Origin: Terriglobia bacterium
GTDB taxonomy: Bacteria; Acidobacteriota; Terriglobia; JAJPHL01; JAPKYU01
Length of the DNA: 64,000 nt
Direction of reading: 5' to 3'
Assembly: GCA_965223005.1 (NCBI GenBank)
Contig: CBDCVK010000010.1
Location: 576,001-640,000, forward strand
Shown here piece after piece: positions 1 through 9,638 of the stretch; the stretch's first letter is position 1; each line of letters begins with the position of its first letter. The position numbers were made by a program, and so were the translations under genes. The notes below the pieces were generated by a model, which was given only the letters and a program-made list of their open reading frames with translations, had not been told where the DNA came from and did no database searches.

Positions 1-51
1 GACAGGGAGATATGGAAGAAGGTTTGGTTTGCGTTCTTACCTGTTCTCTGT

Positions 52-1122
52 TCAAGGAGTCTCCTCGCCGGTGGCGTAGTAGCCCTTGCGGGTCTGGACG
101 CGGAGATCTTTGCTGCGGGTCTTGATGCGGAGCTTCCGGAATGTCCCGTCGCGACGCGAATTGGATGAGGTGTAGCCCAGGCTGTACTGACTGCGGAGCT
201 CCCGGGAGATTTCCTCAAACGCCTCCGGCAGGTTTCTGCTGCGCTCCACCCGAATCATGCGCCCGCCGGCCTGCTCCGACATCTTCCTAAGAGCGCGGTC
301 GCCCGAGTAGCCTCCACGACTGTAGCGGCCGTAGAAGCGGGGGTCGAGGAACAGGATTCCGTAGAGAATGACGTCGGCCTTCTGCGCGGCCTCGATCGCT
401 TCCCTCCGCTTCACCTTGCTGCCCTGGTCCTCTCCATCACTGATGACCACAATGGCCTTGCGTCCCACCTCGCGAGCCAGCTTTTCGCGGGCGGCCAGAA
501 AGACCGCGTCGTAAAGGTGAGTGCCTCCCGCGCGCAGATTGGGAAAGGGCCCTCCGGAGGTGGGCACCGGCGCCGGTGCGGGAGCGTTCACCCGTAACCG
601 CTCGAGCGCCCGGCGCAGCAAAACATGGCTGCCCGTCAGATCCTGCAGCAGGTCCACGTGCATGTCGAAGCTAATCAGGAACGCTAGGTCCTTCGATCCG
701 ATCACGCGGCGAAAGAAGACCTCCCCCGCTTCCTGTTCGGCAGGAACCAGTCGCCACTGGCTGACGCTGGTATCCACCAGCAACCCCACGGTCAGCGGCA
801 GGTTGGTCTCGCGCGAGAAGTAGCGGATCTGCTGTCGCCGCCCGTCCTCGAAAATCTTGAAGTCCTCTTTGGTGAGGGTGTTGACGAGTTTTCCCTTGCG
901 GTCTTTCACCGTGCACAAGACGTTGACCACGTCCACGTCCACGCGGATCGTGGGCAGCGTCGGCTCACGCGCCGCCGCGTCCACCGCAACGCGACTCGGA
1001 TTGCGCTCTGTGGAGCGTTCCGGCGTGGGAGCGAACAGCATGCCGGGCAGGCAGCAGAGGCAACTCAGAACACACGCGACTCGCCCAGCAAGACTCATTG
1101 GTTTCATTGTAGGGGGTTTCAT
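52..1122 (-). CDS. VWA domain protein (Acidobacterial VWFA-related type), exported
   Basis: Signal-like N-terminus; 'IRVDVDVVNVLCTVKDRKG', MIDAS-like 'LLVDTSVS', 'IVVISDGED', C-terminal 'LRSQYSLGY..DGTFRKLRI..RKGYYA'. Confidence 0.88.
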   Translation of the reverse strand: MKPPTMKPMSLAGRVACVLSCLCCLPGMLFAPTPERSTERNPSRVAVDAAAREPTLPTIRVDVDVVNVLCTVKDRKGKLVNTLTKEDFKIFEDGRRQQIRYFSRETNLPLTVGLLVDTSVSQWRLVPAEQEAGEVFFRRVIGSKDLAFLISFDMHVDLLQDLTGSHVLLRRALERLRVNAPAPAPVPTSGGPFPNLRAGGTHLYDAVFLAAREKLAREVGRKAIVVISDGEDQGSKVKRREAIEAAQKADVILYGILFLDPRFYGRYSRGGYSGDRALRKMSEQAGGRMIRVERSRNLPEAFEEISRELRSQYSLGYTSSNSRRDGTFRKLRIKTRSKDLRVQTRKGYYATGEETP

Positions 1123-1342
1123 TGTAGGCCACCAGAGGCACTTTGAGAAATCCGATCGTTTCGCAGCTGCTGGCCTGTCAAAGCTGCAGATTGCTTCTCC
1201 TACAATGCAGCGCTGCGCGCGATCACTCTTCTCGCTCGATTCCCACTTAAACTGGACGCAAGTAGCGAACTCCGAGTTTCAATCGTCGTTCATCGGCGAA
1301 AGTTTCCGATTGGATGGTTGTATTCCTCGACTCACTTTTCTC

Positions 1343-1371
1343 TTGACATCAACGCAGTCAACCTCTATACA
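1343..1371 (+). promoter_or_regulatory. Sigma70-type promoter of the Lys-rich small ORF
   Basis: TTGACA (1343-1348), 17 nt, TATACA(T). Confidence 0.55.
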
Positions 1372-1424
1372 TGGAACATCATCACGATGCAGAATGCATT
1401 GCGATGAGAAGGGAGAAAAAGCTG

Positions 1425-1490
1425 ATGAAATGCGCAGCTAAGAAGAAAGCGGCGAAGAAGAAAGCAAAAGGCAAAAAGAAAAAGAAGTAG
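1425..1490 (+). CDS. 21-aa Lys/Ala-rich basic microprotein MKCAAKKKAAKKKAKGKKKKK
   Basis: Translated by hand; GGGAG SD at 1411-1415, promoter upstream, terminator downstream. Confidence 0.65.
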   Translation: MKCAAKKKAAKKKAKGKKKKK

Positions 1491-1515
1491 CTTTCAACTT
1501 CGTCAAGATTCGACC

Positions 1516-1549
1516 GGGCCTCGCTAACAGCGAGGCCCATTTACTTTTT
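1516..1549 (+). terminator. Intrinsic terminator
   Basis: Perfect 10-bp stem GGGCCTCGCT-AAC-AGCGAGGCCC followed by ATTTACTTTTT. Confidence 0.8.
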
Positions 1550-1748
1550 GGGTCTCCGCGTCGTACGTCCACGCCCGGCAGCCTGCGTAGCGAGAGGTCG
1601 ACCTTCCGCAGAAACCACTGCGGGCCGCTGAAACGTCTTCCTTCAAACGATTCCAGCGAGACGCACAACGGAATGTCTGTATCGCACTGTTGGGTTTCTG
1701 GGCGGCTGTGCAGCCGTTCCTACCTGCGCCAGCTATTTCACCGGCACG

Positions 1749-2117
1749 CTAACTGATGTCGAGCGCCGACAGCAGCTCCTCGATGGTGGCGGCATCCACT
1801 ACGATGCTGGCGGCTTCCCGCTGAAGCTGCTCGCTCTGATCGAAGGCGCGGAACAGCCGCATCTTGGCGGCGGCGTATTGCTCGGTGGGAGACAGCGGGC
1901 GCCGGTGTACCTTGTCCCAGGATCGCACCGCGTCGTCATAGATGAACACCGGAACCGGAAAGTTGGTCTTGCGGTCCACGGAGACGTCGAACAGGTACTC
2001 GGTGCCGGAGCGCCACCACCCGCGCCTTGCCCGCCGCTGGCTGACAAACACGTACTGGTAGACAACTCCGGTCTCCCCGGAATAGCTCTTAACGCGGCGT
2101 AGGGGGCGGCTGCCCAC
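1749..2117 (-). CDS. Conserved hypothetical protein
   Basis: 122-aa globular-looking ORF ('RRVKSYSGETGVVYQYVF', 'TEQYAAAKMRLFRAFD'); TAAACT box 6 nt before GTG. Confidence 0.7.
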   Translation of the reverse strand: MGSRPLRRVKSYSGETGVVYQYVFVSQRRARRGWWRSGTEYLFDVSVDRKTNFPVPVFIYDDAVRSWDKVHRRPLSPTEQYAAAKMRLFRAFDQSEQLQREAASIVVDAATIEELLSALDIS

Positions 2118-2421
2118 CTGAACAGTTTACTCAACGAGGGAAAAATGGGAAGAAACGCAACATCCCACCCTGTTTCGGTAACCGCCTCGCACCTTCACCC
2201 GTTTCGGAATCTGTTGTAGGCCCGGGCCTTATCCGGCAACCGCACACTTGGCCGCCAGCGTGCAACTCCTTCGTATGTAGTTTGGTACTCGCGGCGTTTG
2301 GTCCCGCCTGGGGGCCGGTTGCGGCTTTACAAGGGCAAGTCCGGAGAGTAGACTTTTGTAGTTGGGTTGCTGAGGTAACCCGAAAAGCTCATCCCCCGCT
2401 GGCAGTGAGAAGGATTTTCTC

Positions 2422-3021
2422 ATGCGGCATCCAATGATCGACGAAACAGAGGGCACGCGCAGTTCCAAAAGCGGCTTTAGCATCATCGAACTGATTATCG
2501 TCGTGGTCATCATTATGGTGCTGGCCGGCATGGCGGCTAAGTGGATGTCGCCGGCCATCCGTAGCTACCGGCTCAGCGGCACCGCGTTCGAGATTGCCGC
2601 CATGGCGAGGTTGGCCCGGATCAAGGCCACAACCGCGGACGCCCGCTACCGGGCGCTGGTGAACACGTCGGCGCGCACCTACCAAGTGCAGCGTTACCCC
2701 CGGGGAGGCACTTCCTGGTTGACTTTCGATGTTGGGGCGTCCTCGCAGCAAGTTCCGTGGCCCTCTAACCTCCTGGCTACGGGCGTCAACTTCAGCACCA
2801 CCGGAATCACCGCGGCTCCGCCGGGACAGAGCACGACCCAGGCCACCGAGATGGTCTTTAACACGCGCGGTCTGCTGATCAATCCCAGCACCGGAGTTCC
2901 GGTCAATGGTCGTTGCTTCTACTTGCAGGGCAACACCGATCGGCCGCTTGCCGTATGCGCGAACCTGGCGGGAAAGGTAACGGTGTACCGGCGCTTCGGC
3001 AGCGTCTGGGAGGTGCAGTAG
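2422..3021 (+). CDS. Type IV minor pilin/pseudopilin, FimT/GspH-like
   Basis: Prepilin motif 'KSGFSIIELIIVVVIIMVLAGMA', 'ARLARIKA', 'MVFNTRGL'. Confidence 0.85.
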   Translation: MRHPMIDETEGTRSSKSGFSIIELIIVVVIIMVLAGMAAKWMSPAIRSYRLSGTAFEIAAMARLARIKATTADARYRALVNTSARTYQVQRYPRGGTSWLTFDVGASSQQVPWPSNLLATGVNFSTTGITAAPPGQSTTQATEMVFNTRGLLINPSTGVPVNGRCFYLQGNTDRPLAVCANLAGKVTVYRRFGSVWEVQ

Positions 3022-3033
3022 CACGGAGGGTTC

Positions 3034-3507
3034 ATGCAGAAACGAGCTTCTAACTCGCAAAGCGGGACCACGCTGATCGAAACGATGATCGCCGTCGCCA
3101 TCTGCACGATCGTGGTGTTCAGTCTGGCGGGACTGGTGAGCCTGGCCACCCGGCAGAGCAAGGACATGGGCACCACTGCGGCTCAGGCTGCTGCGCTAGC
3201 CGCTGAGCAAATGGACATCTTCATGGCACTCCAGTTTGCCGACACCCAACTCGCTGCCGGAGGCAGCTTGACCACGAATACCTCTGGCTACGTGGACTAC
3301 CTGAAAGTTGATGGGACCTCCACCACCAGCAGCGCGGCCGACCTCTTTTTCACACGGCGCTGGAAGGTGACCACCAGCGGCTTTCCGACCGGCCTCAAGC
3401 TGATTCAGGTGCGGGTCCAGGGCAGGTCGATCGGACAGGGGGTGAGCCCTGCGGCCACTGTGGGCGCTTACAAGAGCAATGAGCAGTCACCCACGCCCAC
3501 ACCGTGA
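3034..3507 (+). CDS. Type IV minor pilin, PilV-like
   Basis: 'QSGTTLIETMIAVAI' prepilin motif; 'FTRRWKVT..LKLIQVRV'. Confidence 0.8.
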   Translation: MQKRASNSQSGTTLIETMIAVAICTIVVFSLAGLVSLATRQSKDMGTTAAQAAALAAEQMDIFMALQFADTQLAAGGSLTTNTSGYVDYLKVDGTSTTSSAADLFFTRRWKVTTSGFPTGLKLIQVRVQGRSIGQGVSPAATVGAYKSNEQSPTPTP

Positions 3508-3556
3508 ACGAAATGTGCTTCCGGCGCCGTGGCCCGTGGATTCATGGATTGGCGCG

Positions 3557-4687
3557 ATGACAGACATGACGATTTTCCCAGTTCGCTCGCATAAGCCAGT
3601 TCGCTTGCATAAGGGAGCTGGACGGATCATCCCTGCCGCCAGCTGGCCTGCCGGCAGCCGTGGTTTCTCCCTGGTGGAGTTGTTGGTTAGCATCGTAGTG
3701 CTGAGCATCATCCTGGGGGCGCTGATGCAGTTCATGAGTATGCTCCAGCGACGCTACACCCAGGCCCAGCGCACCAGCGGGATCGGGCAGACGGGCAAAT
3801 CGACCACGGACCTACTGGCCATGGACATCGGCCAGGCGGGTTTTTATAGGGGAAGGAGCACCACAAATTCGGCGGCCATCGCCATCGGCACCCAGACCGT
3901 CACGCTGGCCGATAGCACTGGTATTTTTCCGGGCAGCGTCATCATTGTGGACACCGGCATGGATCAGGAACCTGTACCGCTGTCAGCTGTGACTCATAGC
4001 AGCAACCAGGTCACCGGGCTTTTCCGGGTGGATCATGCCATCACGCGTCCAGTACGGCTCAGCGATGTGCCCTACCCTGAGGGAATCCTGGCCCCGGTGA
4101 CGAGAGATGCCACTGGCACTCTTATTGCCAACACCGCAGGCTCCAACGCGACTACTTTGAAACTCATGGGGGACTTCCGCGACGACGGCACGCTGCGCTA
4201 CGTTGAATACCGCTACAGCTCCGCCACCAGCAGCACGACGGCTTGCACCACGCCGCCTTGCGCTCTGTGGCGGTCCGACTCTTGCGTGCCTGGCACCGAG
4301 ACCGGTTGCACCATCACCACGCAGAATGCAGCAGTCATGGTAGCCGACAACCTGATGAACACGCCGACAGCGGGTGTGTTCAACTATTTCCTGCTGTGCC
4401 GTACCGGCACGCTTCCCACGCTCGCTTATGTCACGTATCTGAACACCTCGTACGCTACAGCGGTGACCCCTTGTGCTTCTGTGGCCCACTTTTACGTGCT
4501 AGGGGTCGAAGTGAACCTGCAACTGCGCACGCAAGCCTCGGTGGAGCGCGGAGCCGGCGGGACCACCACCATCGAAGTGCGGCAAACCTTTGCGCCGCGC
4601 AACATCCGGCACGCTCTGGAGGTCAGCCTGGACGGGCTGCAACGTTGGGTGCCTGACAAGCCCCCGGCTGTTCCGCTGGCGCCATAG
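3557..4687 (+). CDS. Type IV minor pilin, PilW-like (start uncertain)
   Basis: 'RGFSLVELLVSIVVLSIILGAL', 'DLLAMDIGQAGF', C-terminal 'PRNI'. Confidence 0.8.
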   Translation: MTDMTIFPVRSHKPVRLHKGAGRIIPAASWPAGSRGFSLVELLVSIVVLSIILGALMQFMSMLQRRYTQAQRTSGIGQTGKSTTDLLAMDIGQAGFYRGRSTTNSAAIAIGTQTVTLADSTGIFPGSVIIVDTGMDQEPVPLSAVTHSSNQVTGLFRVDHAITRPVRLSDVPYPEGILAPVTRDATGTLIANTAGSNATTLKLMGDFRDDGTLRYVEYRYSSATSSTTACTTPPCALWRSDSCVPGTETGCTITTQNAAVMVADNLMNTPTAGVFNYFLLCRTGTLPTLAYVTYLNTSYATAVTPCASVAHFYVLGVEVNLQLRTQASVERGAGGTTTIEVRQTFAPRNIRHALEVSLDGLQRWVPDKPPAVPLAP

Positions 4688-4700
4688 GAGGGGGGAGAAA

Positions 4701-6442
4701 ATGCACCGAACGCCGAACCCACAACCTGGCATAGCTGGCCCAGCTCAGAAGAGAAAAGACGAGCGCGGCATGGCCCTGGTCTTCGCCCTGATGGGCATCC
4801 TCATACTGTCAATGCTGGCGGCCGCCCTGCTGGTTGTGACCAACGCGGACACCCTTGCCAGCTTCAACTACAAGAACCAAATCCAGGGCAGCTATGTTGC
4901 CCTGGCCGGTGTGCATCGGACGGTGGACTGGTTCCGCGTTACTTACAGCCCGTGGCTCAACTCCGTGACGGGAAGTCCGCTCAGGGCGACCAACCCGCCG
5001 ATCCTCGCCACCACCTACGGGGGCACCTCGAACTCACCCACCCTCAGCAGCAACCCTGTCGTGCTGGGCGACAGCGCTAACTTCCCCACCGTCTCTTCCA
5101 ATACCATTGCGAACAGTTTCAGCAGCATGCGCAGCACCCTGAACACGATCGCGCTTGAAAACGCGACCGGCGACTTCACCATCAAGGACGCCACGCTGCT
5201 CTCTCATGACCGCTACAAGGCCTTCGATGGCGTGACGGACCGCATCGTCGAGCGCTGGCGGCTGCGCGTGCAGGGCAGGATAAGAGACGGGGCGGGCAGA
5301 GAGCTGGCTGTGGTAGAGGAGACCGCTGTCTTCCAGACGGCGCCACTTCCCATCTTCGGCAATGCGCTCCAGGGCCAGTGTTCACTGACAATGGTTGGCT
5401 CCCTCACCGTCGATTCCTTTGACTCGAGCAACGAACCTTACGGGGGCTCGAACCTGTTCACAGGGCCGGACGCGGGCGCCAACGTCGCCTCCAACTCTTT
5501 CACCGGCTCCTCGGGAAGCTCCGGCGTAATCAATGGAGACGTTTACTACGGCGCCACCCCGGACACCGCCGGGGGGTGCAGCAGCTCAGGCGAAAGCGTG
5601 ACCCACAGTATCGTACAAGGAGACGTCGAAGAGTACCCGTCGATGCCATACCCGCCGATTGTTCCGACGTTTACTACGGCGCCACCCCGGACACCGCCGG
5701 GGGGTGCAGCAGCTCAGGCGAAAGCGTGACCCACAGTATCGTACAAGGAGACGTCGAAGAGTACCCGTCGATGCCATACCCGCCGATTGTTCCGACGTTT
5801 ACTACCGCCACCATGAGCAAAGATTGTGCCGCCAAAAGCAGCTTCCACGTCAGTGGGGACTACTTCAGGTATACTCCAAATACTACCAGCACCAACAACA
5901 TGTCTACATGCGGCCTTACCGGTAACCAAGAGTTGCTGCTTACCGTTCCCGTCGTAGATGAGAGTGGTGGACCCGTCGCGCCAAACACGTTCTTCGTGGA
6001 AGGCATCAGCGTAGGTTCGGCGAATAATGTGGTGCGTGTTACCAAGTCAGGAAGCGGCGAACCCGGCACTTTGTGTTCGAGTGCCGACCCGAACACTGCT
6101 CGCTGCCCGAGAACGTCTCTTTATGTAAGTACCCTTTTGAATTTGGGTGGCGGTGGCTTACTTTCGGCATCGGGGGGCAATTGTGATCCCACCCGCTTTG
6201 CCGTTTACTACACCGGTACGGCCGACGCCACGTTAGGTGGGACCAGCGGATTCTGCGGCACCATCTACGCCCCCAATGCGAGGGTGACTATTCAGGGCAA
6301 CACAGTCGTCCATGGGGCCATCACAGCCAAGGAGGTAGTCACCGGAGGCGGCGTACAAATCCACTATGACCTGGCACTGGCGCGGATGAAAGTCATGGTC
6401 GCTCCGTTCCGAATCATCAATCAGAGCCGCGACGTATTCTGA
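4701..6442 (+). pseudogene. PilX-like minor pilin with C-terminal beta-rich adhesin-like domain, frameshifted by a 128-bp duplication
   Basis: 'DERGMALVFALMGILILSMLAAA' (no Glu5, PilX-type); ORFs 4701-5729 and 5576-6442 fuse into 537 aa if one repeat copy is removed. Confidence 0.8.
5538..5805. repeat. Exact 128-bp tandem duplication bounded by 12-bp direct repeats
   Basis: GACGTTTACTAC at 5538, 5666 and 5794; intervening units identical. Confidence 0.95.
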
Positions 6443-6458
6443 TTTCTCGGGGTATCTT

Positions 6459-7019
6459 ATGAAACAGGTTTGGATGACACTGGTTGTGGGCGTGATTCTG
6501 GCGCTGGGAGCCGGCCAGACCGAGGCCCAACAGGCGCCCCCGGCGAAAAAAACGACGGCCAAGAAGCGGCCCCGGAAGGCAAGAAAAGTTTGGACCAACG
6601 ACGATTTCCCGGAACGCCCGGCGCCGAAGGCAGAGAAGAAGACGAAACATGTGACCGAGGAAGAGAAAAAGGCCGCGGTGAATGAGAAGCTCGAGGAACT
6701 TGACTCGCAGCAAGCAAGAACTCAGGGCGAGGTGGACTGGCAGCAGTCACGACGCGGGGAGTTGCTGGTGGAAATCCGAGCCTTGGAAAAACGGATCAGC
6801 GCGACCTCCTCTCAACTGGAGCAGCTGGCCATCAACGCGGAACTCCAAGAAAAGCGGAAGGAACTGTTGAAGGTGGACGACCAGGTAGGGAAGGACCGCT
6901 TCAAGGTGCAGCAAATCAAGTACGACAAACAAGAACTGCTGGCGCCGTACGAAACCGGCGATTACGGGGTTCCTCTGACGCCCAAGGAAAAAGCAGAACA
7001 GAAGAAACAAGGGCCCTAA
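6459..7019 (+). CDS. Exported coiled-coil hypothetical protein
   Basis: Signal peptide, 'RKVWTNDDF' motif, long charged heptad region. Confidence 0.75.
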   Translation: MKQVWMTLVVGVILALGAGQTEAQQAPPAKKTTAKKRPRKARKVWTNDDFPERPAPKAEKKTKHVTEEEKKAAVNEKLEELDSQQARTQGEVDWQQSRRGELLVEIRALEKRISATSSQLEQLAINAELQEKRKELLKVDDQVGKDRFKVQQIKYDKQELLAPYETGDYGVPLTPKEKAEQKKQGP

Positions 7020-7089
7020 CTGACTCCCCCGAAGCCCTAGCTATTTCCCCACCCGGACACCTAAGACACATCAGCGCGCCACGAGAAGT

Positions 7090-7407
7090 TCAGGGACTAA
7101 AGGAAGCGCCGCATCCACAACTCTTCTGGGCGTTGGGATTCTCGAGCTGGAAGCATTGTTCCATCAACGTTTCCTTCCAGTCCAGCGTCAACCCTTTCAG
7201 GTAGAGCAAGCTCTTGGGGTCCATGAAGACCTTGGCTCCATCAAATTCAAAGGTGCGGTCCTTGGGGCCAGGCGCGTTCTCAAACCGGATAACGTAGGTG
7301 AGCCCCGAACATCCTCCGCCCCGAACGCCCAGGCGCAAGCCGGCCAGGTGCTCCTGCTCCATCATCGTCCGCACCTTGCGGATGGCGCTTTCGGTCAACT
7401 GAATCAT
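7090..7407 (-). CDS. iscA: A-type Fe-S carrier (IscA/HesB family)
   Basis: 'GVRGGGCSGLTY', 'NPNAQKSCGCGASF'. Confidence 0.93.
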   Translation of the reverse strand: MIQLTESAIRKVRTMMEQEHLAGLRLGVRGGGCSGLTYVIRFENAPGPKDRTFEFDGAKVFMDPKSLLYLKGLTLDWKETLMEQCFQLENPNAQKSCGCGASFSP

Positions 7408-7458
7408 ATCCGTTCCTTCATCGCGCAGGACCAGGCCCCTTCACGCGGTCTGGCTGCC

Positions 7459-8712
7459 TTAGGAGGCTTTGGAGGAACCCAGCCGCTCAGCTTCGTACAG
7501 CGGCGAGAGTTCGCGCAACTGGTGGACGACACTGGCAACGCGCTCCACCACGTAGTCCACCTCCTCCTCGGTGTTGAAGCGGCCGAGGCCGAAGCGAAGG
7601 GAAGCCTGGGTCAGATCTTCATCCACCCCCAGGGCCCGCAGCACGTAGGAGGGCTCCTGGGAGGCCGAAGTGCAAGCCGAGCCACTGGAGACCGCCACGT
7701 CGTTTAGCCCCATCAGCAGCGACTCGCCTTCCACGTAAGCGAAGCTCAAGTTGAGGTTGCCTGGCAGCCGACCCCTCGGGTGTCCGTTCAGATGGACTTC
7801 GTCCAGCCGGGCCAGGATTCCCTCTTGCAGCCGGTCGCGCAGGCCCGCCAGACGTCGGGCCTCCTCGGGCATCTCCCGCTGGGCCAACTCGCACGCCTTG
7901 CCGAAGCCCACAATGCTGGGCACCGGCAGGGTGCCGGAGCGCAGTCCACGCTCGTGCCCGCCGCCATCCAGCATGGGGGCCAACTCCACACGCCGATCGC
8001 GCCGTCGGACGTAGAGGGCGCCCACGCCTTTGGGCCCGTACATCTTGTGAGCCGAGAGTGAGGCCAGGTCCACCTGCACTTCCTCGACGTCAAATGGTAC
8101 CTTGCCCGCCGCCTGAGTGGCGTCGCAGTGGAACAGCACTTCTCTGTGCCTGTCGTGCCTGTCGTGCCTGTCGTGCCTGTCGTGCCTGTCGTGCCTGTCG
8201 TGACAGATGCGTCCAACCTCGGCTAGCGGGTGCAGCACGCCGATCTCGTTGTTGGCGGCCATCAGGGTCACCAGAATGGTTTCGTCCCCGATGGCTCGAC
8301 GCACATCGTCGGGGTCCACCTGGCCTGATTCGTTTACCGGCAGGTAGCTCACCCGGAAACCTTCCTGCTCCAGGCGCCGGCAGGTATCCAGCACTGCCCG
8401 GTGCTCCGTTACACAGGTGACGATATGATTACCGCGTTCGCGGTGCCGCCACGCCACACCCTTGATGGCCAAGTTGTCGCTTTCGGTGGCCCCGGAGGTG
8501 AAGATGATTTCCTTGGAGCTGGCGTGAATGAGCGCGGCCACCTGCTTACGGGCCTCCTCCACCGCCTGCTCGGCTTCCCAGCCGAAGACGTGGTTGCGGC
8601 TGGCCGCATTGCCGAACTTCTCCAGGAAGAAGGGTGCCATTGCCTCAAACACGCGCGGGTCCACCGGGGTGGTGGCGTGATGGTCCATGTAGATCGGCAG
8701 CTTCACTGTCAT
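7459..8712 (-). CDS. iscS: Cysteine desulfurase IscS (group I) with (HDR)6 insertion
   Basis: '[14 protein letters not shown]', '[12 protein letters not shown]', 'SSGSACTS'. Confidence 0.95.
   Translation of the reverse strand: MTVKLPIYMDHHATTPVDPRVFEAMAPFFLEKFGNAASRNHVFGWEAEQAVEEARKQVAALIHASSKEIIFTSGATESDNLAIKGVAWRHRERGNHIVTCVTEHRAVLDTCRRLEQEGFRVSYLPVNESGQVDPDDVRRAIGDETILVTLMAANNEIGVLHPLAEVGRICHDRHDRHDRHDRHDRHDRHREVLFHCDATQAAGKVPFDVEEVQVDLASLSAHKMYGPKGVGALYVRRRDRRVELAPMLDGGGHERGLRSGTLPVPSIVGFGKACELAQREMPEEARRLAGLRDRLQEGILARLDEVHLNGHPRGRLPGNLNLSFAYVEGESLLMGLNDVAVSSGSACTSASQEPSYVLRALGVDEDLTQASLRFGLGRFNTEEEVDYVVERVASVVHQLRELSPLYEAERLGSSKAS
8146..8202. repeat. 9-bp tandem repeat (GTGCCTGTC)x6.3 in iscS
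   Basis: Six perfect units plus GTG, encoding [19 protein letters not shown]. Confidence 0.95.
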
Positions 8713-8763
8713 TCTCGCAAGCCCCCGGCCTCCTGCCTCAAGTCTGCAGCCTCACGCACGCGC

Positions 8764-9276
8764 TTACATTCCTTTGCCGGAGACAACGGGAACGCGCCGA
8801 TCGTCCATGACCCCGGACACCTCGACCAGACCCTTGACCCAGGCGCTCATCGCTTGTTCGTTGCACAGCAGGTCCCTCAGCGTGGTCCTGCTCAACACCT
8901 GGTCCAGTACCAATTGCACCGCGCGCCACAGCGAGCGGATGGAGCAATCCACTGAGTGCGTGCAGGCTTGCTCGGTTCCTGAGTGCCGTTCGCAAAACTC
9001 TGGTTCAAACAACCGATCCCCGAGCACTGCCATCGCCTGCCCCACGCTGATCTCTCCGGGTGCGCGCGCCAGGGTATAGCCTCCTGTCTGCCCGCGCACG
9101 CTCTTCACCAGTCCGCCCCGGCGCAGGACCCCCATGAGCTTGCCCACATAGTGGCTGGAGATTCCTTCGGCCCTGCTGATCTCGGGAATCGTCAGGCTCC
9201 CGCCCTCCCCCAGACCTCCGATCTGGAGCAGGCAGCGCAACCCGTATTCTTCTTGAGCACTCAATTTCATCGTCAA
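8764..9276 (-). CDS. Rrf2-family (IscR-like) transcriptional regulator
   Basis: 'EEYGLRCLL', 'LVKSVRGQTGGYTLAR', Cys cluster 'FCERH..ACTHSVDCSIR'. Confidence 0.92.
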   Translation of the reverse strand: MTMKLSAQEEYGLRCLLQIGGLGEGGSLTIPEISRAEGISSHYVGKLMGVLRRGGLVKSVRGQTGGYTLARAPGEISVGQAMAVLGDRLFEPEFCERHSGTEQACTHSVDCSIRSLWRAVQLVLDQVLSRTTLRDLLCNEQAMSAWVKGLVEVSGVMDDRRVPVVSGKGM

Positions 9277-9312
9277 ATCCTCCTACCGGACCGGATCGAA
9301 CACGAAGCCCCT

Positions 9313-9633
9313 TCACATAAAGCCGAGGTTGAGCTTGGCGCGTTCCGACATCTTGCTCTGGTCCCAGGGCGGGTCCCAAACCACCTCCACTTTGGCCCCG
9401 GTGACGCCGGGAATGGACTTCAGCTTGTTTTCCACCTCCGGGGGCAGCGAGCCTGCCACCGGACAGGCGGGTGAGGTGAGGGTCATCTTGACGTTCACTT
9501 GGCCGGGAGGCTCGACTTTCACCTCATAGATCAATCCCAACTCATAAATGTCGACTGGAATCTCCGGATCGTAGCAGCTTTTTAACTGCTCGATCGCTTT
9601 CTCTTCGATGGCAATCAGTTCGTGAAATCCCAT
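9313..9633 (-). CDS. sufT: SufT/DUF59 Fe-S assembly protein
   Basis: 'YDPEIPVDIYELGLIY', 'MTLTSPACPVAG', 'VWDPPW'. Confidence 0.9.
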   Translation of the reverse strand: MGFHELIAIEEKAIEQLKSCYDPEIPVDIYELGLIYEVKVEPPGQVNVKMTLTSPACPVAGSLPPEVENKLKSIPGVTGAKVEVVWDPPWDQSKMSERAKLNLGFM

Positions 9634-9638
9634 TGGAA

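Noticed and set aside
2140-2420. Possible c-di-GMP riboswitch before the pilin cluster
   Set aside because: No GGCAAA..GAAA..GACGCAAAGC core found.
5538-5805. Duplication as a DGR template/variable repeat pair
   Set aside because: Copies are identical and adjacent, with no adenine-specific mismatches and no reverse transcriptase in the window.
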